A DNA stretch of 43,271 bases. Source: Armatimonadota bacterium. GTDB taxonomy: Bacteria > Armatimonadota > Fimbriimonadia > Fimbriimonadales > GBS-DC. Made by a program: the position numbers and the translations under genes. Under the pieces are notes generated by a model. It did not search any database and was not told the DNA's origin. It worked only from the letters and a program-made list of their open reading frames with translations. Positions 1-9,772 of this stretch are shown here, piece by piece. The stretch is taken from assembly GCA_037444405.1 (NCBI GenBank), contig JBBIML010000022.1, positions 1 through 43,271 of the forward strand, written 5' to 3'. How positions within the stretch are numbered: position 1 is the stretch's first letter; every line of letters starts with the position of its first letter.

Positions 1-908
1 CGGTACGCTCCAGCCGCGAGCTGCAGGAGTTCCTGAAACAGCTGGCGCAAACTCACCCCAAAATCCTGCTCAATCGGCTGGCGCGCAATGCAGGGCTGGA
101 TCAACTCTTGCGCGAAGCCAATCCAGAGGTTCAGCTGAGCGGTGTGGAGCCATTGATTTTTGTGCTGCGCAGCCGCAAATCGCCTGCCGAGCTGCGCCTG
201 ATTCGCGCCGCCATCAACGCCACCATCGAAGCGCATCGGGCGACCGCGCGCACCATCGCGCCCGGCTTGCATGAGTATGAGCTGGAGGCGGTCATTCAGG
301 CGGCGTTCCGCCGACACGGCTCCGAGCGCGACGCCTTTCCCTGCATCGTTGGCTCCGGACCCAACAGCTGCATTCTGCACTATAACGCGAACCGTCGGCG
401 CATGCAGGCGGGCGAGCTGGTGGTGGTGGACATCGGCGCAGAATACAGCTACTACGCTGCGGACATCACGCGCACCTATCCCGTGTCGGGCAGGTTCACC
501 CCGCGCCAACGCGAGCTCTACCGAGCCGTGCTGGAAGCCCAGAAAGCTGCCGAACGCGCCGCCAGACCCGGCGTCACTTTGCGCGAGCTGGACCGAATCG
601 CTCGCGAGAGCCTGCGCAACTCGCCCCTGCGCGCCAGAGACACCGACGGCAAAGAGTACACGCTGGATCATTTCTTCCGACACGGACTGGGACACTCGCT
701 GGGAATGGATGTGCATGACCCCGAAACGGGTCAGCCCCTGCAACCTGGCGCGGTGTTCACGATCGAACCTGGCGTCTACATCCCCACCGAGAACATCGGC
801 ATCCGCATCGAAGACGACTACCTGATGACCGAGCGCGGGGTCATCAAGCTGAGCGCGGCGCTGCCCTCCGACCCCGACGCCATCGAACGCATGATGAAAC
901 GCCGTTAG
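1..908 (+). CDS. Xaa-Pro aminopeptidase (peptidase M24), 5'-truncated by the window
   Basis: Frame open from the window start. M24 metal-ligand motifs VDIGAEY..YAADITRT, HGLGHSLGMDVHD, TIEPGVY, GIRIEDD. Confidence 0.92.
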   Translation, partial: VRSSRELQEFLKQLAQTHPKILLNRLARNAGLDQLLREANPEVQLSGVEPLIFVLRSRKSPAELRLIRAAINATIEAHRATARTIAPGLHEYELEAVIQAAFRRHGSERDAFPCIVGSGPNSCILHYNANRRRMQAGELVVVDIGAEYSYYAADITRTYPVSGRFTPRQRELYRAVLEAQKAAERAARPGVTLRELDRIARESLRNSPLRARDTDGKEYTLDHFFRHGLGHSLGMDVHDPETGQPLQPGAVFTIEPGVYIPTENIGIRIEDDYLMTERGVIKLSAALPSDPDAIERMMKRR

Positions 909-950
909 CGGGTATCATCAGAGTATCTTTTTGCCTCAGGGAGGAGAACC

Positions 951-2867
951 ATGCGAACAGGATGGATAGTGTTGCTTGGACTGATGTTGTGCATGCCGTT
1001 AGGGCAGACCCAGCAAGAGGAAGATTTGCGCCAGCACTGGGCATATCAGGCAATAGAGCAGCTGCAGCGACTGGGCATTTTAGAGGGTTATCCTGACGGC
1101 TCGTTTCGTCCCAATCGTCCGCTGACCCGCGCGGAGTTCGCGCAGGCGGTGTCGCGCGCCTATCGCGCGATTGATGAACGGCTGCGCAATCTGCAGCGGC
1201 GGGTGGAGACGCTCGTTACGCCTGAACCGCCAGCCCTGCCCACCGACGAGCCACGCCAGCGCCGCATTCAGCGGCTGGAAGAGGCGGTACAGGAACTTCG
1301 AACCCTTCAGGAGGCGGTGCAGACGCTGGAGCGACTGATGCAGGCGGTGCGCACCGAGCGCGACACGCGCATCGAACAGATTCGCATGCTGAAAGAGGAG
1401 CTGCAGGCGCTCCAGCGGCGGTTCGAACAGCTCACCGCACGCTTCTCGTGGCGGGGCGACCTCACCTTCGGCGGCTACTCCACCCACAGCTTCGACGGAC
1501 GCAGCGCGTTCACCCTCAACGGCAATCCCATCAACCCCTCCGGCAGGTTTCTGCGGAGCAATGCCTTCGTTCAGGAGCTGGCGCTGACCGTTGAGGGACG
1601 CGCGAATGAGCGCGTGTCGGGGCGTGCCACCTTCATCATCGGCAACTACCTCTCCTATCTGCGCAGCCCCGCCCGTAACGCCGATTCGTTCCACAGCGCG
1701 CCTGACCCGTTCGTGCTTCAGAGCAACACCGATTTCGCCCTCTGGGAAGCCTATATTAAGACCGAACTGCCCCTGTTCGGGCGACAGGTCGATGTCTTGC
1801 TGGGACGACTGCCGCTGCGCTTCACGCGCTACACCCTGCAACGAATCGACCCCGATATCTATCTGGATGTTCCGCGCTATGATGATGGCGCGTTCCGTGT
1901 GGATGGCGTGCTGTTCGGCACAGGCGGCAACCGCTATCGGCTGAACCTGTTTTTAGCCAGCACGCATCGGCGCCGTTCTGCTGTGGCGCAGGCGTTGCAA
2001 ATCTTTTTCGCCAACCACAACGCCTCTGTCTCCGCGCCCGCCGACCAGATAATCGGCTTGCGAACGGAGTACAAGGCGGTGCGAGGCGAGGAGAATTTCG
2101 TCAACATCGGGCTGACCCTGTTCGCAGCAGGTATCGGCAGAGGCAACACCTTCCGCCACCTGACCAACCCGACGCAACCCGCTGACCGCGTGGATGTGCT
2201 GGGGCTGGATGTCAGCGGGCGATGGAGCAATATCCGATTCGGGCTGGAGTACGCGCAAAGCATCGTCTATGAGGGCGATAACCGCCGTGTCTCACGGAAC
2301 AACACTGCCTCGGATGCCTACGCCGAGTACGACTTCAGCGAGCGACTGGGCGGGCGACTGGGCTACCGCGAAATCCAGCCCTTCTTTATCGCGCCCGGCA
2401 ACTGGGGACGAATCGGCTACCTCTATAACCCATCCGACATTAAGGGCAGCTACCTGAACCTGCGCTATAAGGCATCCGACCGCCTGAACGCATCGATAAC
2501 TGCAGAGTTCTACACGGGCACTGCCAGGCTTCGACTGCCCCGGCGCGGCTACTTTAGCAGCGATAAGCTCAACCATTATCAGCTCGATGTCAGCTATCAG
2601 ATCAACCCGCGCTGGCAGCTGAATGTGAGCTATGAGAATGTGGTCTGGCGCATTCGTAGCCTCGTGTTCGGCGGAGCGCGCGGCAGACCCGAATGGAACT
2701 ATCTCACCCTGCAACTGAGCTACAATCTGGGCGAGAACACCGCGCTGAATATCCTGTACCAGTTCATCGATGCGAACGGCAAGGGCGTGCCGCAACTGAG
2801 CGGCGGTCCCGGCGCAACGGGCAACCGTGCGGGCGTCGCGGCGACCACTCTGCGCGTGCAGTTCTGA
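951..2867 (+). CDS. SLH-domain / coiled-coil / outer-membrane beta-barrel protein (OmpM/SlpA-like)
   Basis: RBS GGAGGAG. Signal peptide, SLH motif HWAYQAIEQL..LGILEGYPDGSFRPNRPLTRAEFA, heptad-rich coiled coil, alternating beta-strand C-terminal half ending in Phe (TTLRVQF). Confidence 0.85.
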   Translation: MRTGWIVLLGLMLCMPLGQTQQEEDLRQHWAYQAIEQLQRLGILEGYPDGSFRPNRPLTRAEFAQAVSRAYRAIDERLRNLQRRVETLVTPEPPALPTDEPRQRRIQRLEEAVQELRTLQEAVQTLERLMQAVRTERDTRIEQIRMLKEELQALQRRFEQLTARFSWRGDLTFGGYSTHSFDGRSAFTLNGNPINPSGRFLRSNAFVQELALTVEGRANERVSGRATFIIGNYLSYLRSPARNADSFHSAPDPFVLQSNTDFALWEAYIKTELPLFGRQVDVLLGRLPLRFTRYTLQRIDPDIYLDVPRYDDGAFRVDGVLFGTGGNRYRLNLFLASTHRRRSAVAQALQIFFANHNASVSAPADQIIGLRTEYKAVRGEENFVNIGLTLFAAGIGRGNTFRHLTNPTQPADRVDVLGLDVSGRWSNIRFGLEYAQSIVYEGDNRRVSRNNTASDAYAEYDFSERLGGRLGYREIQPFFIAPGNWGRIGYLYNPSDIKGSYLNLRYKASDRLNASITAEFYTGTARLRLPRRGYFSSDKLNHYQLDVSYQINPRWQLNVSYENVVWRIRSLVFGGARGRPEWNYLTLQLSYNLGENTALNILYQFIDANGKGVPQLSGGPGATGNRAGVAATTLRVQF

Positions 2868-2869
2868 AG

Positions 2870-2909
2870 CCCTCACCCCCAGCCCCTCTCCCACGCTGTG
2901 GGAGAGGGG
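2870..2909. repeat. Palindromic repeat family A (CCCTCACCCC-N-CCCTCTCCC..GGGAGAGGG), possible terminator
   Basis: CCCCTCTCCCAC-GCT-GTGGGAGAGGGG hairpin followed by TTTT just after the stop codon. Same unit recurs near 11019, 14887, 30663, 33825, 35057 and 41228. Confidence 0.85.
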
Positions 2910-2968
2910 TTTTGAAGCTCTCTCCCTCGTACGGGTAAGGGGGCATTTCGGGTATCATGCCCGTACCT

Positions 2969-4399
2969 ATGAGCGAGCTGCGCATCTACAACACGCTGAC
3001 GCGCCAGGAAGAGGTGTTCACACCGCGCGAGGCGGGCAGGGTCAGCATCTACGCCTGCGGGCTGACCCCCCAGGCGCCCGCCCATGTCGGACACATGCGC
3101 GGCGTGATTGTCATGGACATCGTGCAACGCTGGTTCGAACAGCTCGGCTACGAAGTGAACTTCGTGCAGAACTTCACCGACATCGACGACAAAATCATTC
3201 GGCGCGCCCAGGAGGAGGGCATCAGCACGCAGGAGGTCGCCGAAAAGTACAGCCGCATGTATATCGAGGACGCGCAGGCGCTGGGCGTGCGCCTGCCCCG
3301 ATTCGTGAAGGTCACCGAGCATATGCCCGATATCATCGAGATGGTGCAGCGCCTCGTGGAGTACGGCTATGCCTATGTGGTCGATGGCGATGTCTACTTC
3401 TCCGTCGAGAAGTTCCCTGACTATGGCAAGCTGTCGGGGCGCAGCATTGACGAGATGAAGGCGGGCGCGCGCGTGGAGGTGGACGAGCGCAAGCGCAACC
3501 CGCTTGACTTCGCACTGTGGAAAGCTGCCAAGCCCGGTGAACCCGCATGGGACAGCCCCTGGGGACCGGGGCGCCCCGGCTGGCACATCGAATGCTCCAC
3601 GCTCAGCCTGAAATATCTTGGCGCAGCGTTCGATATCCATGCAGGCGGGATGGACCTCATCTTCCCTCACCACGAGAACGAAATTGCGCAATCGGAAGCC
3701 TATCTGCGCTGTGAGATGCCGTTCGTGCGCTACTGGCTGCACTGGGGTCCCGTGCGCCTGAAGGAGCAGAAGATGTCGAAGTCGACGGGCGTGTTCGTGC
3801 CGATTCGCGAGTTGCGCCAGCAGTACGAGCCAGCGGTCATCCGCCTGTTTCTGCTGTCGGTCGCCTATCGCACGCCGCTGGAGTTCGCCTATGAACGGCT
3901 GGAGGAATCGAAGTCCGCGCTGGAGCGGGTGCGCACGGCGGTTCAGCGTGCCCGCGCCCTGCTGCGCACGCTGCCGCAACTCCCTGAACCCAACGAGAGC
4001 GTCGCCCAGCCCTACAAAGCGCAGTTCACCGAGGCGATGAACAGCGATTTCAACACGGCGCAGGCGCTGGCGGTTGCCTTCGAGCTGGTGCGCGAGCTGA
4101 ATCAGCGCCTCAGCGACTCAGAAAGCGCGGGCGTCGCGACGCAAGCCCCCGCGCTCGTCGCCCTGCTGGACGCCCTGCAGTGGATGATGGAGACGGTGCT
4201 GGGCATCCCGCTGACGCGCACAGAATCCATCGAGAGCGAGCTGCTCGATTCGCTGATGGCGCGCGTGATCGAGTGGCGCCAGCAACTGCGCGAGCGCAAA
4301 CTGTTCGATCTGGCAGACCGCATTCGGGATGACCTCAAAGCGCTGGGTATCCTGCTGGAGGACACCCCACAGGGCACGCTCTGGCGCCGCAAAGAGTGA
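2969..4399 (+). CDS. cysS: Cysteine--tRNA ligase
   Basis: HVGH (HIGH-type) motif, NFTDIDDKII, PGWHIECS, DIHAGGMDLIFPHHENE, KMSKS. Start put at 2969 because the ATG at 2957 overlaps the putative -10 TATCAT. Confidence 0.97.
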   Translation: MSELRIYNTLTRQEEVFTPREAGRVSIYACGLTPQAPAHVGHMRGVIVMDIVQRWFEQLGYEVNFVQNFTDIDDKIIRRAQEEGISTQEVAEKYSRMYIEDAQALGVRLPRFVKVTEHMPDIIEMVQRLVEYGYAYVVDGDVYFSVEKFPDYGKLSGRSIDEMKAGARVEVDERKRNPLDFALWKAAKPGEPAWDSPWGPGRPGWHIECSTLSLKYLGAAFDIHAGGMDLIFPHHENEIAQSEAYLRCEMPFVRYWLHWGPVRLKEQKMSKSTGVFVPIRELRQQYEPAVIRLFLLSVAYRTPLEFAYERLEESKSALERVRTAVQRARALLRTLPQLPEPNESVAQPYKAQFTEAMNSDFNTAQALAVAFELVRELNQRLSDSESAGVATQAPALVALLDALQWMMETVLGIPLTRTESIESELLDSLMARVIEWRQQLRERKLFDLADRIRDDLKALGILLEDTPQGTLWRRKE

Positions 4400-4429
4400 A
4401 CCCCTTGTGGGGCTGTGGGTGTTTGCCGA

Positions 4430-5992
4430 TTAATGCAGCTTGCCCACTGCTGACTCGACGGCGCGGCGCAGCTCGCCAGAGAGCATCAGCTCACGCACCG
4501 CCTGCACATCGGGCGCCAGAATCCTGTCCGCTTCCAGCGGCGGCACGACCGTGCGAATCGTCTGCAGAGCCGCTTTGACGCCAACGCCCGGCTCCAGCGG
4601 CTTGTGGAACTCCAGCGCCTGCGCCGCGTTCACCAGCTCAATCGCTATCACCCAGCGGGCGTTTTCCAGAATCATGCGCGCCTGACGGGCTGCCGTCACG
4701 CCCATCGACACATGGTCTTCCTGGTTCGCGCTGGTGGGGATCGAATCGACGGAGGCGGGATGCGCCAGCACCTTGTTCTCCGACACGAGGCTGGCAGCGG
4801 TATACTGGGAGAGCATCAGCCCCGAATGCAGACCGCTCTGGCGAGCTAAGAAGGCGGGTAGCCCCGACAGGTCAGGGTCAAGCATATACTCCACACGCCG
4901 CTCGCTGATGTTCGCCAGCTCCGCAATCGCGATTTTGGCGTAATCCATCGCCAGCGCGACGGGCTGACCGTGAAAGTTGCCCGCGGAGATGACCTCATCG
5001 CTGTCGGGGAACACGAGCGGGTTATCGGTGACACTGTTCATCTCGCGTTCGATCACCTCGCGCACATGGGCGAGCGCGTCGCGCGAGGCGCCATGCACCT
5101 GGGGAATACAGCGCAGGGAGTAGGCGTCCTGCACTTTCTCGCAGAACTCGTGCGATTTGTGGATGGCACTGTTGACGCACAGCTGGCGGATATTCGCGCA
5201 CACCTGCGCGGCGCCCGGATGGGGTCGCACCTGCGCGACTTTTGAATCGAAAGGTCGCAGGCTGCCCTTGAGTGCTTCGAGGCTCATCGCGCCCGCAATA
5301 TCGGCGAGCGTGCAGAGTTGCAGGGCGTCATAGACCAGCAGCGCGCCGACGGCGGTCATCGCCTGCGTGCCGTTGATGAGCGCCAGCCCCTCTTTGGCTT
5401 CCAGCGTGATCGGCGTTAGACCCGCAGCGCGCAGGGCGTCGCCTCCGTTCAGAATGCGACCCTCATATTCAGCCTCGCCCTCGCCAATGAGGGGCAGGCA
5501 CATGTGGGCGAGCGGGGCGAGGTCGCCGCTGGCGCCGACCGAACCCTGTGAGGGCACTATCGGATGCACGCGCCGATTGAGCATCTCCAGCAGCAGCTCG
5601 ATCACCTGCTCGCGCACGCCGCTGTAGCCGAGCGCGAGGCTCTGTGCACGGAGCAGCATCATCGCCCGCACCACCTCCGTCGGGAACGGCTCGCCCACGC
5701 CTATCGCGTGTGACAGCAGCAGGTTGCGCTGCAGCGTGCGGGTCTGATTGGGGCTGATGCGCTGGTTCGCCAGCTTGCCAAGCCCGGTGGTGACGCCGTA
5801 CACCGTGCGGTTTTCCGAGAGGATATGCTCCACATAGCGGCGGCTGGCACGCACGCGCTCGCGCGCCTCATCCGCTAATCGCACGGGCGCGTACTCGCGT
5901 GCCACACGCACCACATCCTCCACGCTGAGGGGACGCCCAGCGATGACCTGCGTCTCCAGCTGCGCCGCCTCCTCGCCACGCACAGTCGCCAT
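4430..5992 (-). CDS. hutH: Histidine ammonia-lyase
   Basis: VYGVTTGLG, MIO-forming GSVGASGDLAPL, KEGLALINGTQ, QDAYSLRC, GNFHGQP, ANQEDHVSMG. Start at 5992 or 5998. Confidence 0.93.
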   Translation of the reverse strand: MATVRGEEAAQLETQVIAGRPLSVEDVVRVAREYAPVRLADEARERVRASRRYVEHILSENRTVYGVTTGLGKLANQRISPNQTRTLQRNLLLSHAIGVGEPFPTEVVRAMMLLRAQSLALGYSGVREQVIELLLEMLNRRVHPIVPSQGSVGASGDLAPLAHMCLPLIGEGEAEYEGRILNGGDALRAAGLTPITLEAKEGLALINGTQAMTAVGALLVYDALQLCTLADIAGAMSLEALKGSLRPFDSKVAQVRPHPGAAQVCANIRQLCVNSAIHKSHEFCEKVQDAYSLRCIPQVHGASRDALAHVREVIEREMNSVTDNPLVFPDSDEVISAGNFHGQPVALAMDYAKIAIAELANISERRVEYMLDPDLSGLPAFLARQSGLHSGLMLSQYTAASLVSENKVLAHPASVDSIPTSANQEDHVSMGVTAARQARMILENARWVIAIELVNAAQALEFHKPLEPGVGVKAALQTIRTVVPPLEADRILAPDVQAVRELMLSGELRRAVESAVGKLH

Positions 5993-6049
5993 AGCCATAA
6001 AGATACCCCACCCGCTTGCAGGTGGGTTATAATGTAATAGCGAGGAGGC

Positions 6050-7696
6050 ATGGCTATGCGCAAATTGTGGCGAGCTATCGGTGTATGGGCGCTGAGCGGG
6101 ACGATTTTGACCAGCTGGGGTCAACCGCCTGCGATTCATCGCGAGGCGCCGGACGATCCCCATCGCCCCGGCACGGGCGAGTTTGCGCCCGCAGGTGGCA
6201 GCACCGTTCAGCGCGGACCCTATATCAGTCGGCAGGTGAATGTAAGCGCGGCAGGCACCAATATTCAGGGCGACGCCGCCAACGAACCCTCAATTGCCGT
6301 CGATCCGACGAATCCCAACCGGATCGTGATTGCGTGGCGCCAGTTCGACACTATCACCTCCAACTTCCGTCAGGCAGGCTGGGCGTATAGCCACGATGGA
6401 GGTTTGACCTGGACATTTCCCGGCGTGCTGGAGCCGGGCGTGTTCCGCAGCGACCCGGTGGTGCGCGCCGACGCGAACGGCGTTTTCTATTATATGAGCC
6501 TGCGCGGCGACTTCACCTGTCAGGTGTTTCGCTCCTTCGATGGCGGCGTAACCTTCCCGGAGCGCTACAACGCCTACGGCGGCGATAAGGAGTGGTTCAC
6601 CATCGACCTGACCAATAGCATCGGGCGAGGCAATCTCTACCTGGCATGGAGTACGGCAGCAAGCAGTACGGGCAACCGCACCTTCACTCGCTCCACCAAT
6701 GGGGGCGTTGCCTGGCTCGATCCCATCAGCATCCCGAACTCTCCCATCTGGGGCACGCTTGCGGTCGACTCCGACGGCACGCTCTATATCGGCGGCGTCT
6801 CATCCTCGCAGTGGCCCCAGTTCTATCTCGTGCGCTCCTCCAACGCGCGCGATCGCACCCAGACGCCCACCTTCGACCTGAGCCAACCTGTGAACCTCAA
6901 CGGCACCCTGCGGTACGGCACCGGACCCAATCCGGGCGGGCTGCTGGGTCAGGTCTGGATCGATGTGGATCGCTCCAACGGTCCCTATCACGGGCGGCTC
7001 TACTTCCTCTGTTCGGTCAATCCGCCAGGCAGTGACCCGCTAGATGTCTATCTGGCGTTCAGTACGGACAGGGGCGCCACATGGAGCGCACCCATTCGCG
7101 TGAACGATGACCCGCCCGCCAGCAACGCCTGGCAGTGGTTCGGCACCCTATCGGTGGCGCCCGACGGGCGCGTGGATGTCATCTGGTACGACACGCGCAA
7201 CGACCCCAACGGGCTGCTGTCGGAGTTGCGCTACACCTGCTCCTTCGATGGCGGTTTAACCTGGATGCCCTCCATCCCCATCAGCCCTGCCTTCCACCCA
7301 CACATCGGCTGGCCCAACCAGGACAAAATCGGCGACTATATCGATATGGCGTCGCTGGAGGCGGAGGCGCTCATCGCCTATGCCGCCACTTTCAACGGCG
7401 AGCAGGATGTCTACTTCGTGCGCGTGGGCGACTGCAACCAGAATGGCATCCACGACGCGCTGGACATCGCCACCCGCCGCTCCACCGACCGCAACCGCAG
7501 CCAGATCCCCGACGAGTGTGAAACGCGCCCGGGCGATGTGGACTTCGACGGCTGTGTGGACGATAGCGACCTGCTGAGCGTGCTGCTTGCCTTCGGTCGC
7601 ACAGGCGACGGCTTGATGGAGGACCTGAACGGCGACGGTGTTGTGGACGATGCCGACCTGCTGCTGGTGCTGTTCAACTTCGGGCAGGGCTGTTGA
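6050..7696 (+). CDS. Secreted BNR/Asp-box (sialidase-like beta-propeller) protein with C-terminal dockerin-like domain
   Basis: RBS GAGGAGG and signal peptide. Asp-boxes SHDGGLTW, SFDGGVTF, STNGGVAW, STDRGATW, SFDGGLTW. Tail GDVDFDGCVDDSDLL...DLNGDGVVDDADLL. Confidence 0.85.
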   Translation: MAMRKLWRAIGVWALSGTILTSWGQPPAIHREAPDDPHRPGTGEFAPAGGSTVQRGPYISRQVNVSAAGTNIQGDAANEPSIAVDPTNPNRIVIAWRQFDTITSNFRQAGWAYSHDGGLTWTFPGVLEPGVFRSDPVVRADANGVFYYMSLRGDFTCQVFRSFDGGVTFPERYNAYGGDKEWFTIDLTNSIGRGNLYLAWSTAASSTGNRTFTRSTNGGVAWLDPISIPNSPIWGTLAVDSDGTLYIGGVSSSQWPQFYLVRSSNARDRTQTPTFDLSQPVNLNGTLRYGTGPNPGGLLGQVWIDVDRSNGPYHGRLYFLCSVNPPGSDPLDVYLAFSTDRGATWSAPIRVNDDPPASNAWQWFGTLSVAPDGRVDVIWYDTRNDPNGLLSELRYTCSFDGGLTWMPSIPISPAFHPHIGWPNQDKIGDYIDMASLEAEALIAYAATFNGEQDVYFVRVGDCNQNGIHDALDIATRRSTDRNRSQIPDECETRPGDVDFDGCVDDSDLLSVLLAFGRTGDGLMEDLNGDGVVDDADLLLVLFNFGQGC

Positions 7697-7701
7697 ACGA
7701 G

Positions 7702-7801
7702 GTAGGGGCGCACAGCCGTGCGCCCGAAGATGAAGATGCCAACCGCCTGCGCGAAATCTGCTATTGAACGAGGGTGGGGGCGACGCATGCGTCGCCCCTA
7801 C
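7702..7801. repeat. Inverted pair of GTAG-type REP-like palindromes (family B)
   Basis: GTAGGGGCGCAC-AGCC-GTGCGCCC at 7702-7725 and GGGGGCGACGCATGCGTCGCCCCTAC at 7776-7801. Confidence 0.8.
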
Positions 7802-7839
7802 CTGTTGAAACCGTTGCACCATCTGCCGTGTAGACTGTT

Positions 7840-8913
7840 ATGGAGGTTACGATGACACAACGGCGGATGGCGCAGATATGGCTTATGGGGCTGGTCGCGC
7901 TGGCAATCAGCCAGCAGCCGCCCAGAAGCGTGATCGATTTCGAACGCGAGGAGCATGGCTGGTTCGTGCTACCGGGCGCGGACGGCAAGGTGGAACGCAC
8001 CACGAACGCGAACGATGTCAAAAACGGAAAGTACGCCCTGCAATACACCTACACCGTCGCGCAGGGCAAGTTCAACGCGATTGCGCGCCTGGAGCCAGAG
8101 AGCTGGGCGCAGGGCTTTCGATTTTGGGTCAAGACTGACCGACCCACGATGCTGGTGTTCATGGTGTCGGAGGAGGGCGGGGAACGCTGGCAGGTGCCCT
8201 TCTGGTGCGGGCACAACGAGTGGCAGCAGGTGACGCTCGCGCTCAGCGACTTCACCCAGGCGGACGATAGCCAGCCCCAGAACGGCAAGCTCGACATGGA
8301 GCGCGCGGAGGGCATCGGCATCATCGATGCGGGCGCGCTGCTCGCCGCGACGCCCGAAGCCGCCCCCCTCTTCGGCGAGATGCGCGGCACGCGCCTGCTC
8401 TGGCTGGACGACTTCGAGTTCCTGGCGCAGCCACCTTCCCGCAAAGCGAGCCGCGAAATGCTGGACGACTTCCAGCGCGACTACCTGATGTGGTTCGCCA
8501 CGCAGGGCGTGCGCATCAAGCCGACAGCTGGCGGCATGCAGGTGGAATACAAACAGGAGAACCCATGGCTGCTGGCAGTGGCGCGCCCCCTGCCAAAGGG
8601 CGCACTCGCCGACGCCAGAGGACTGCAGATTACCCTGCAGGTCAGGAACGCCACCACGCTCGCCGTGGCGCTGGAAGAGGAAGATGGCGAGCGATGGATG
8701 GCGAGCCGACCAGTGGGCGGCGAGGACAAACCCGAAACGCTCCGTTTCGAATGGAGCGCGTTCACCATCACCGATGACACCAAAGGCAAGGGCGACGGCA
8801 AGCTGACACCCGCCAGAGTGAAACTGCTCTCGCTCATCGATATGGGCGTGCTGACAGGCGAAGCTCAACCTGCCAACCGCTGGCTGGTGCGGGAGGTCAA
8901 ACTGGAGCGATAG
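7840..8913 (+). CDS. Secreted protein with two CBM11/CIA30-like carbohydrate-binding domains
   Basis: Signal peptide. Internal duplication (FMVSEEGGERW / VALEEEDGERW; NGKLD / DGKLT) and WQQVTLALSDF. True start may be 7852. Confidence 0.6.
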   Translation: MEVTMTQRRMAQIWLMGLVALAISQQPPRSVIDFEREEHGWFVLPGADGKVERTTNANDVKNGKYALQYTYTVAQGKFNAIARLEPESWAQGFRFWVKTDRPTMLVFMVSEEGGERWQVPFWCGHNEWQQVTLALSDFTQADDSQPQNGKLDMERAEGIGIIDAGALLAATPEAAPLFGEMRGTRLLWLDDFEFLAQPPSRKASREMLDDFQRDYLMWFATQGVRIKPTAGGMQVEYKQENPWLLAVARPLPKGALADARGLQITLQVRNATTLAVALEEEDGERWMASRPVGGEDKPETLRFEWSAFTITDDTKGKGDGKLTPARVKLLSLIDMGVLTGEAQPANRWLVREVKLER

Positions 8914-8915
8914 CG

Positions 8916-9455
8916 ATGTTTTCCGATGAATGGCTGGTGGCACGCTGTCTGCAGGGCGACTCGTCGGCGTTCGATCGCCTGATGGAGCGGTATCGCGATC
9001 GGGTCTTCTCGCTGGCGTTCCGCATGCTGGGCGATGCGACATGGGCAGAAGATATGAGTCAGGAGGCGTGGCTGCGAGCCTACACGCGGCTGGGACTGTA
9101 CGATGCGTCCCAGCCGTTCGCCACATGGCTGCTTTGTCTGACGGCGCGGCTGTGCCTGAACGCGCTGCGCGACCGCCGTGTGGAGCGCGAGCGACTGGAG
9201 CGGGCAGCCAAAGCGATGCCGCCAGCGCCAACCGTTGAGGAGCTGCTCTATGAGCGCGAGCGCCAGCGCACGCTCCAGCGGCTGCTGCTGCGCCTGCCCG
9301 CCGAGCAACGGGTCGCCCTGCTGCTGCACTACACCGAAGGGCTGCCGCTCAGGGCGGTCGCCGAACAGCTCGGCGTGCCCATCGGCACGGTCAAAACATG
9401 GCTCCATCGCGGGCGCGAACAGCTCCGACGGTGGATCGAGGAGGAACGCGGATGA
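8916..9455 (+). CDS. ECF RNA polymerase sigma factor (SigW/RpoE-like)
   Basis: GDSSAFDRLMERY, AEDMSQEAWLRAY, FATWL (region 2); LPAEQRVALLL...VAEQLGVPIGTVKTWLHRGR (region 4). Confidence 0.93.
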   Translation: MFSDEWLVARCLQGDSSAFDRLMERYRDRVFSLAFRMLGDATWAEDMSQEAWLRAYTRLGLYDASQPFATWLLCLTARLCLNALRDRRVERERLERAAKAMPPAPTVEELLYERERQRTLQRLLLRLPAEQRVALLLHYTEGLPLRAVAEQLGVPIGTVKTWLHRGREQLRRWIEEERG

Positions 9456-9772
9456 ACCCTATCAACCCGATAGATGTGGAGCAACTGTTGCGCAATCTAC
9501 CAACCCTGCCCGCGCCAGCACACCCCCGTAGCACGGGCATCCTGCCCGTGACCCGCATGGGGGCGAGCGCCGCGCCGAACCCTGCGCTGCTCATCATGCT
9601 GTGGCTGCTGCTACTGCTGCCGACGGCGTGGCTGCTGATGCAGGTTCCGCCCAGCCTGCCCGCTGAAACGGCGTTTCAGGCGACGCCTTATCCCGCATGG
9701 CAGGGGCTGCTACACGACGCGCAACAGGCGCTCCAGACAGGATGGCAACTGATTCAGGAGGTGCTGAGTTGA
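9452..9772 (+). CDS. Small single-pass membrane protein, candidate anti-sigma factor
   Basis: ATGA overlap with the sigma stop codon, EQLLRNLP..PAP N-terminus, one hydrophobic segment. Confidence 0.6.
   Translation: MNPINPIDVEQLLRNLPTLPAPAHPRSTGILPVTRMGASAAPNPALLIMLWLLLLLPTAWLLMQVPPSLPAETAFQATPYPAWQGLLHDAQQALQTGWQLIQEVLS

Noticed and set aside
7969..9231. 420-aa minus-strand ORF
   Set aside because: Antisense to the carbohydrate-binding-like gene and the ECF sigma; no recognisable domain.
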